Below the pieces are notes generated by a model that saw only the letters and a program-made list of their open reading frames with translations, was not told where the DNA came from and did not search any database. From positions 1 to 11,684 of the forward strand of contig JBIKWQ010000088.1 of the NCBI GenBank assembly GCA_044356215.1: a stretch of 11,684 nt of DNA. Direction: 5' to 3'. The translations under genes were made by a program, and so were the position numbers. Source of the DNA: Bdellovibrionota bacterium. GTDB taxonomy: Bacteria; Bdellovibrionota_C; UBA2361; OMII01. This document shows positions 6,970-11,684 of this stretch, piece after piece (positions within the stretch are counted from its first letter, which is position 1; each line of letters opens with the position of its first letter).

Positions 6970-8150
6970 TACAGGGGTTCCGTGATACGGCTTCTTTACC
7001 GCGACTCCTCCTTGATGGCAGGAAGTTAGGCGACGGCGGTATAGGTGTATACATAGATAACACTGTGAGGGGATTACTTGAGCGGGCCGATACGCGAATA
7101 ACCGTTATCGCGTCGCGAGAGCGAGCGGAGAGCGCGCGGTGGAGAAGCGAAGTCTCTTGGATCTACGATTCATCGAAAGGCTATTCATTAAGTGAGTACT
7201 TCCTTCTGCCGAGAAGGATCGATTTCTCTGGCTTCGATCTCTATCACTCACCACATTATACTCTGCCTTTCGGGGTGTCGATCCCAGCGGTTGTGACTAT
7301 TCACGATCTGATTCATATAACTCACCCTGAGTCCTTCTATTATCCGCTCATAGCTAAGCGCCTAATCAGTTCGGCAGTTACGCGCGCGGCGAGAGTTGTC
7401 GCTGTTAGCGCTGATACCCGAGACGCGGTAATAAGATTAACGGGTGTCAATCCGCGCAAAGTGGTCCATATCCCTAACGCGATCCCAAGCTTTGTTTCGC
7501 ATGATCGTAGTGAGGAGAGTTTATCTGATGCTGAAATGCGGCTATTCGTATCCGCTAATGAACGTTATTTCGTAGCTGTTATATCAAATGGTAAACCGCA
7601 CAAAGGGGTGTCTGACCTTTTAAGAGCCTGGCCACTTTTTATAGAGCGATACAAACGGGCTAGCGCTACAAATATGGAGCCGAGACTTGTATTAGCTGGA
7701 TACGGATCTGAGTCTCTTAAGAGCAACAAGGATCTCTCGCGATTGTTAATGAGAGCAGGCAATGTAAGTGTGCTGGGCTCGGTTGAGAGCGACGCTTTAA
7801 GAGATCTTTACCGGGGAGCTGACGCTTTAATCGTACCATCATTGGCGGAGGGGTTCTGTTTGCCGGCGCTAGAGGCGCGGAGCGTAGGTACAAGGGTGAT
7901 CTGTCGTCCTGTTCCCGCAATTGAGGAGCTGGTAACAGACGATGATGTGGTGGCGAGAGACTTAAGTGTAGAGGCGCTTGTCGACGCAATTTACACAGGC
8001 GCGATCGCTGATCGGCACGCTAGAGAGATTGCCTATGAGGATCTAGAGCGATTTAGCTTACGGGCGGTAGCGGAGAGAACTCGTTCGGTTTACGGTTCTG
8101 TTCTTGCGCGCGACAGCCGGATATTTTTAGGCGATCGGCGAGTAGCGTAG
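6945..8150 (+). CDS. GT4 glycosyltransferase (mannosyltransferase MtfB/WbpY-like)
   Basis: DGR..GGIGVY, VVTIHDLIH, VVAVS, KPHKG and PSLAEGFCLPALEA (EX7E). The GTG start overlaps the upstream gene by 25 nt, so the exact start is uncertain. Confidence 0.88.
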   Translation: MEAQSSQLIQGFRDTASLPRLLLDGRKLGDGGIGVYIDNTVRGLLERADTRITVIASRERAESARWRSEVSWIYDSSKGYSLSEYFLLPRRIDFSGFDLYHSPHYTLPFGVSIPAVVTIHDLIHITHPESFYYPLIAKRLISSAVTRAARVVAVSADTRDAVIRLTGVNPRKVVHIPNAIPSFVSHDRSEESLSDAEMRLFVSANERYFVAVISNGKPHKGVSDLLRAWPLFIERYKRASATNMEPRLVLAGYGSESLKSNKDLSRLLMRAGNVSVLGSVESDALRDLYRGADALIVPSLAEGFCLPALEARSVGTRVICRPVPAIEELVTDDDVVARDLSVEALVDAIYTGAIADRHAREIAYEDLERFSLRAVAERTRSVYGSVLARDSRIFLGDRRVA

Positions 8151-8156
8151 GTCTTT

Positions 8157-9392
8157 ATGAAGGTAGCTATCGTTCACGATTGGTTGACCGGGATGCGCGG
8201 AGGGGAGCGTTGCCTCGAGGCGTTTATTGATCTTTATCCCTCAGCCGACATATTTACCTTGGTGCATGTACCCGGGAGTACATCGGCGCGGATCGATAGT
8301 CGCGTAAGAGGTGTATCTTTCCTAAACAGGATCCCCCGCATCGCCGAGATATACCGTGGATTACTACCACTTTTTCCTTTGGCGGCGCGCAGCTTAAAGA
8401 TCGAGGGATACGATCTCGTGATCTCGTTGAGTCACGCGGCAGCCAAGAATATTAATCTTCCGAAAGGGGTCCCGCATATCTGTTACTGTTTTACACCGAT
8501 GCGTTATATCTGGGACCAAGCGCCGGCGTATTTTAAAGGCCCACTTCTTTATTTGGCCCAGCCGATTCTTTGGCCTCTTAGAGTCTGGGATAAACGCGGA
8601 GCGGAGCGAGTGACCGAGTTTGTCGCGATTAGCTCTTTTATAGCCGCGAGGATTCGAAGGTTTTACGGAAGGCGAGCGATAGTAATTCCTCCTCCGGTTA
8701 GATCCGCGACTGAAGCAGAGCGGGAATTAACCAATGAGGAGCTGCGGCTACTTAATGAACGACAAGAGCCCTTCTTCCTCTGTGCGGGGGCGTTAGTACC
8801 CTACAAGCGAGTAGATGTAGCGATAGAAGCGTGCGAGAAATTAAATCTTCCACTCTGGGTTGTTGGTAAGGGTCCAGAGTTAGAGAAGTTGCGGTCCAGA
8901 GCCGGAAGTAAGACCCGTTTCTTTGGGCACGTCAGCGAGGCTTTTCTCTGGGAGTGTTACAAAAGGTGCCGCGCTTTACTGTTTCCGGGGATTGAGGATT
9001 TTGGAATCGTTCCAGTCGAGTGCTTAGCCTCGGGTCGGCCAGTCATAGCGATGCAAGCAGGTGGTGCCGCCGAGACCGTAGATGGTGTGACTGTAGGAAC
9101 CGCTCTTAACGCGCTCCCCAGCAAGATGAGCGGCGTGTTTATCCCAAAGAGTGGTTTGGGTTCGGCTGACCAGTTCGCTAAGGCGATCCGCTATTTCTCA
9201 CGGATTGAGGGGCTGTTTGAGGCTAGGATAATCCGAGAGAACGCCCAACGCTTTGAATATCCGGTGTTTTTTCAAACCTGGCGCCGATTCGCTGAGCGGG
9301 TGAAAATACCAGCGGGAGATGGGTTAGCGGGGCTGGAGGTGGTGCACGAAGCCAATCAGCGGCCATCAGGTTCATTAGCCGCTGGACACTAG
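8157..9392 (+). CDS. GT4 glycosyltransferase (WbaZ-like mannosyltransferase)
   Basis: KVAIVHDWLTGMRGGER, CYCFTPMRYIWD, LVPYKRVD and EDFGIVPVE (EX7E). Confidence 0.92.
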   Translation: MKVAIVHDWLTGMRGGERCLEAFIDLYPSADIFTLVHVPGSTSARIDSRVRGVSFLNRIPRIAEIYRGLLPLFPLAARSLKIEGYDLVISLSHAAAKNINLPKGVPHICYCFTPMRYIWDQAPAYFKGPLLYLAQPILWPLRVWDKRGAERVTEFVAISSFIAARIRRFYGRRAIVIPPPVRSATEAERELTNEELRLLNERQEPFFLCAGALVPYKRVDVAIEACEKLNLPLWVVGKGPELEKLRSRAGSKTRFFGHVSEAFLWECYKRCRALLFPGIEDFGIVPVECLASGRPVIAMQAGGAAETVDGVTVGTALNALPSKMSGVFIPKSGLGSADQFAKAIRYFSRIEGLFEARIIRENAQRFEYPVFFQTWRRFAERVKIPAGDGLAGLEVVHEANQRPSGSLAAGH

Positions 9393-9407
9393 CGAGGGTT
9401 TCTTAAG

Positions 9408-10811
9408 ATGTTAAAGCAGAAACGACAGCTTTTCGAATATCTATTTGTAGTCGCCGATCTGATTGTTGTATCGATCGCGTGGCTGATCGCGTATTGGGCG
9501 CGTTTCGCGACTGATTGGGTTCCAGTTGATAAGGGAGTGCCTGAGTTAACTCAGTACCTCTCAATGTTGCTCTTTATCTGGCTTATATGGGCGTTTGTAT
9601 TTCGGCGTATGGGGTTGTATCGACCGATGCGTGGAGTTCGCAGGACCCGAGAGTTGTGGGTTTTAATTAACGCTAACGCGCTATCGATCCTACTTCTTAT
9701 TTCGATGACCTATCTCTTTCGTGAAAAGAGCAGCCAGTTCTCACGATTAGTGTTCGTTTATTTCTGGGCGTTGGCGACACTGCTGACCGTAGTTGAGCGT
9801 TCAACTCTGAGGTTTCTCCTCCGAGAGCTGCGTCGCAAAGGTTATAACTTGCGTTACATGCTGCTGATCGGAGCTGGACAGGTAGCCGCTGACATGGTCA
9901 GCCGAGTCAGGTTGCATCAAGAGTTGGGGGTACAGCTTATCGGATGTCTCTCACGAGATGGGAGTGAGCGCCGCGGTCCGGGGGGAGTTCCGATAGTTGG
10001 AGGTTACGGAGACCTAGAGGGTTTTATAAGTCGCGCCGATATCGATCAGATCGTCGTGGCGCTCCCGCTAGAGGATCAGCAGATCCTTCCAGATATCATG
10101 GATCAGCTAAAGGATTCTCTGCTCGACATCAAGATCATCCCCGATCTGTATCAATTCGCCAGTATAGGCGGGGCGATTGAGGAGTTTGAGGGGCTTCCAG
10201 TAATAAGCTTGCAGGGCTCGCCGTTAGACGGGATAAATATGGTTTCTAAGCGGGGCCTTGATCTTGCGATAGCCTCGTGCGCCCTGTTGATCTTCTCGCC
10301 ATTGATGGCGCTGATCGCGGTCTTAGTTAAATTAACTTCAAGGGGCCCAATTCTGTTTAAGCAGGAGCGAGTTAGCTTCGACGGCTCACGCTTTAAAATA
10401 GTTAAGTTTCGCACGATGTATCAGGATGCCGAGGCCGCTGGCCCAGGATGGACAACTCCTGGAGATGGACGCGTCACTCCACTTGGCAGGTTCTTGAGAT
10501 CCACCAGTCTTGATGAACTTCCGCAGCTCTTTAATGTGTTGCGAGGTGATATGTCGATCGTTGGTCCGCGGCCAGAGCGACCGGTATATATCAAAGAGTT
10601 TAGACAGCGCATCCCCCGTTATATGTTAAGACACAAGGTTCCCGCAGGAATCACAGGTTGGGCCCAGGTTCACGGATGGCGCGGAGACACATCGATCGAT
10701 AAGCGTATCGAGTACGACCTCTACTACATTGAGAACTGGTCTCTGCTCCTTGATCTGAAGATCGTCTTCATGACTGTAGTGAACGGCTTTAGGAATCGAA
10801 ACGCTTATTAG
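9408..10811 (+). CDS. Undecaprenyl-phosphate glucose phosphotransferase (WcaJ-like priming glycosyltransferase)
   Basis: Four N-terminal TM helices, a Rossmann-like LIGAG segment, then the Bac_transf motifs KRGLD, KFRTM, SLDELPQLFNVLRGDMSIVGPRPE, GITGWAQVHGWRG and DLYYIENWS. Confidence 0.95.
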   Translation: MLKQKRQLFEYLFVVADLIVVSIAWLIAYWARFATDWVPVDKGVPELTQYLSMLLFIWLIWAFVFRRMGLYRPMRGVRRTRELWVLINANALSILLLISMTYLFREKSSQFSRLVFVYFWALATLLTVVERSTLRFLLRELRRKGYNLRYMLLIGAGQVAADMVSRVRLHQELGVQLIGCLSRDGSERRGPGGVPIVGGYGDLEGFISRADIDQIVVALPLEDQQILPDIMDQLKDSLLDIKIIPDLYQFASIGGAIEEFEGLPVISLQGSPLDGINMVSKRGLDLAIASCALLIFSPLMALIAVLVKLTSRGPILFKQERVSFDGSRFKIVKFRTMYQDAEAAGPGWTTPGDGRVTPLGRFLRSTSLDELPQLFNVLRGDMSIVGPRPERPVYIKEFRQRIPRYMLRHKVPAGITGWAQVHGWRGDTSIDKRIEYDLYYIENWSLLLDLKIVFMTVVNGFRNRNAY

Positions 10812-10843
10812 CGCCACTGACCACACTCATACGGTATTTCAAG

Positions 10844-10912
10844 TAATCTCCTATATCCTCATCGCGCTTAATAGGGCGGTGTATATATCCGCTTAATATA
10901 TGGAGGAGATTA
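10844..10912 (+). promoter_or_regulatory. 5' UTR hairpin sequestering the hsp20 SD and start codon (RNA-thermometer candidate)
   Basis: TAATCTCCT 10844-10852 is the exact reverse complement of AGGAGATTA 10904-10912. ATAT 10853-10856 pairs with ATAT 10898-10901 across a GG bulge. Inner stem GGGCGG 10874-10879/CCGCTT 10889-10894. Confidence 0.5.
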
Positions 10913-11466
10913 TGTTCAGAAGTGAGTATCCGTTTCGACGAGGAAGGCTGTTTGGAGAGGAAGTTTTGCCTATTTCACGCGGCTTTCAGCGGGCGATAGA
11001 CAATATGTTGCAAGATATCTGGGAACCAACATCGGCTGTGTCAGTAGCTCCTAGCTTCTTACCACAGGTGGATGTTGATGAGGATGAGAAGCAAATTAGG
11101 ATTATGGCTGAATTGCCCGGCCTGAGTGAGAACGATGTGGAGATCGTTTACGAGCCAGGGCAATTAATCCTCCGCGGAGAGAAACGTGGTGAGGAGAAGC
11201 ATGAGTACGCTAAGGGGCGCGGTCGCTATGAGGAGCGTCGTTATGGGGCGTTTGAGAGGCGGATACCCCTTAGGGCTGAGATCGAAGAGGGGCAGATACA
11301 GGCCAGCTTTGATCGGGGTGTGCTCAGTATAACTCTTCCTAAATCAGCCGAGGCTCGCGCGCAGGCTCGTAAGATTCCGATCAAAACGGGAGCCGAGCAA
11401 GCACGAATAGAGCAGGGAGCTCGGCCTCGTCAGCAGCCAGCAGGTGAGGGTGCAGCGGCTCATTAG
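10912..11466 (+). CDS. Hsp20/alpha-crystallin family small heat shock protein
   Basis: PQVDVDE, AELPG, LILRGEK, ERRYGAFERRIPL, ASFDRGVLSITLPK and the C-terminal IPI motif. ATG 10912 follows a GGAGG SD at 10902-10906; the ORF track start is 10900. Confidence 0.95.
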   Translation: MFRSEYPFRRGRLFGEEVLPISRGFQRAIDNMLQDIWEPTSAVSVAPSFLPQVDVDEDEKQIRIMAELPGLSENDVEIVYEPGQLILRGEKRGEEKHEYAKGRGRYEERRYGAFERRIPLRAEIEEGQIQASFDRGVLSITLPKSAEARAQARKIPIKTGAEQARIEQGARPRQQPAGEGAAAH

Positions 11467-11481
11467 GAAAACTTGGAAGAG

Positions 11482-11513
11482 TGACAAAACCTCGCTAATG
11501 CGAGGTTTTGTCA
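11482..11513. terminator. Intrinsic (likely bidirectional) terminator after hsp20
   Basis: Perfect 14-bp stem TGACAAAACCTCGC-TAAT-GCGAGGTTTTGTCA with A and T tracts on the two sides, 15 nt after the stop. Confidence 0.85.
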
Positions 11514-11643
11514 GAAACCGCGCAGATGCGCTATTTCAGACCGGTGGCAATTGTTCTTTTTTAGGGAAGGCCGGCAAAACCTACCCGTAGCGAGAAAGTG
11601 GAGGTTGAGTTGATATTCGATTTTCGAGATGGGAAAAAACCGC

Positions 11644-11671
11644 ACCAGACTACGCCAAGGCTACGTCTGGT
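11644..11671. repeat. Small REP-like imperfect palindrome
   Basis: ACCAGAC-TAC-GCC-AA-GGC-TAC-GTCTGGT: a 7-bp stem, symmetric TAC internal loops and a 3-bp inner stem. Only one copy is visible in the window. Confidence 0.5.
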
Positions 11672-11684
11672 CCGACAAAAGCCT

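Noticed and set aside
10808..10835. CIRCE element upstream of hsp20 (TTAGCGCCA...)
   Set aside because: Only a weak left half-site; there is no GAGTGCTAA right half.
11514..11643. 3' end of a convergent minus-strand gene
   Set aside because: The frame ending at the TAG at 11531-11533 is interrupted by another stop within ten codons, and the ORF track shows nothing here.

Overview
This is a bacterial, roughly 50% GC window of mostly ordinary genes. In order they encode a sedoheptulokinase-like FGGY kinase (+), a TSUP/TauE exporter and a DUF3108-like protein (-), a hypothetical protein resembling a degenerate RelA/SpoT-type HD fold, and a PlsC-type acyltransferase. Next come tRNA-Leu(CAA) immediately followed by lumazine synthase (ribH), a four-gene surface-glycan operon (GT2, GT4, GT4, WcaJ-like priming transferase) and an Hsp20 with a strong terminator. 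The most interesting signals are non-coding. (i) Two direct copies of a MITE/REPIN-like palindromic element (1-111, truncated, and about 5002-5164) have 29-bp arms built from three 9-mers. (ii) An unannotated ~180-nt long-hairpin RNA with 6S-like features lies at about 120-298. (iii) A hairpin sequesters the Shine-Dalgarno and start codon of hsp20 (RNA-thermometer candidate). (iv) A second small REP-like palindrome lies at the right edge. No integrase, transposase, CRISPR or defence gene is visible. All family calls come from by-eye motif recognition, not database searches.
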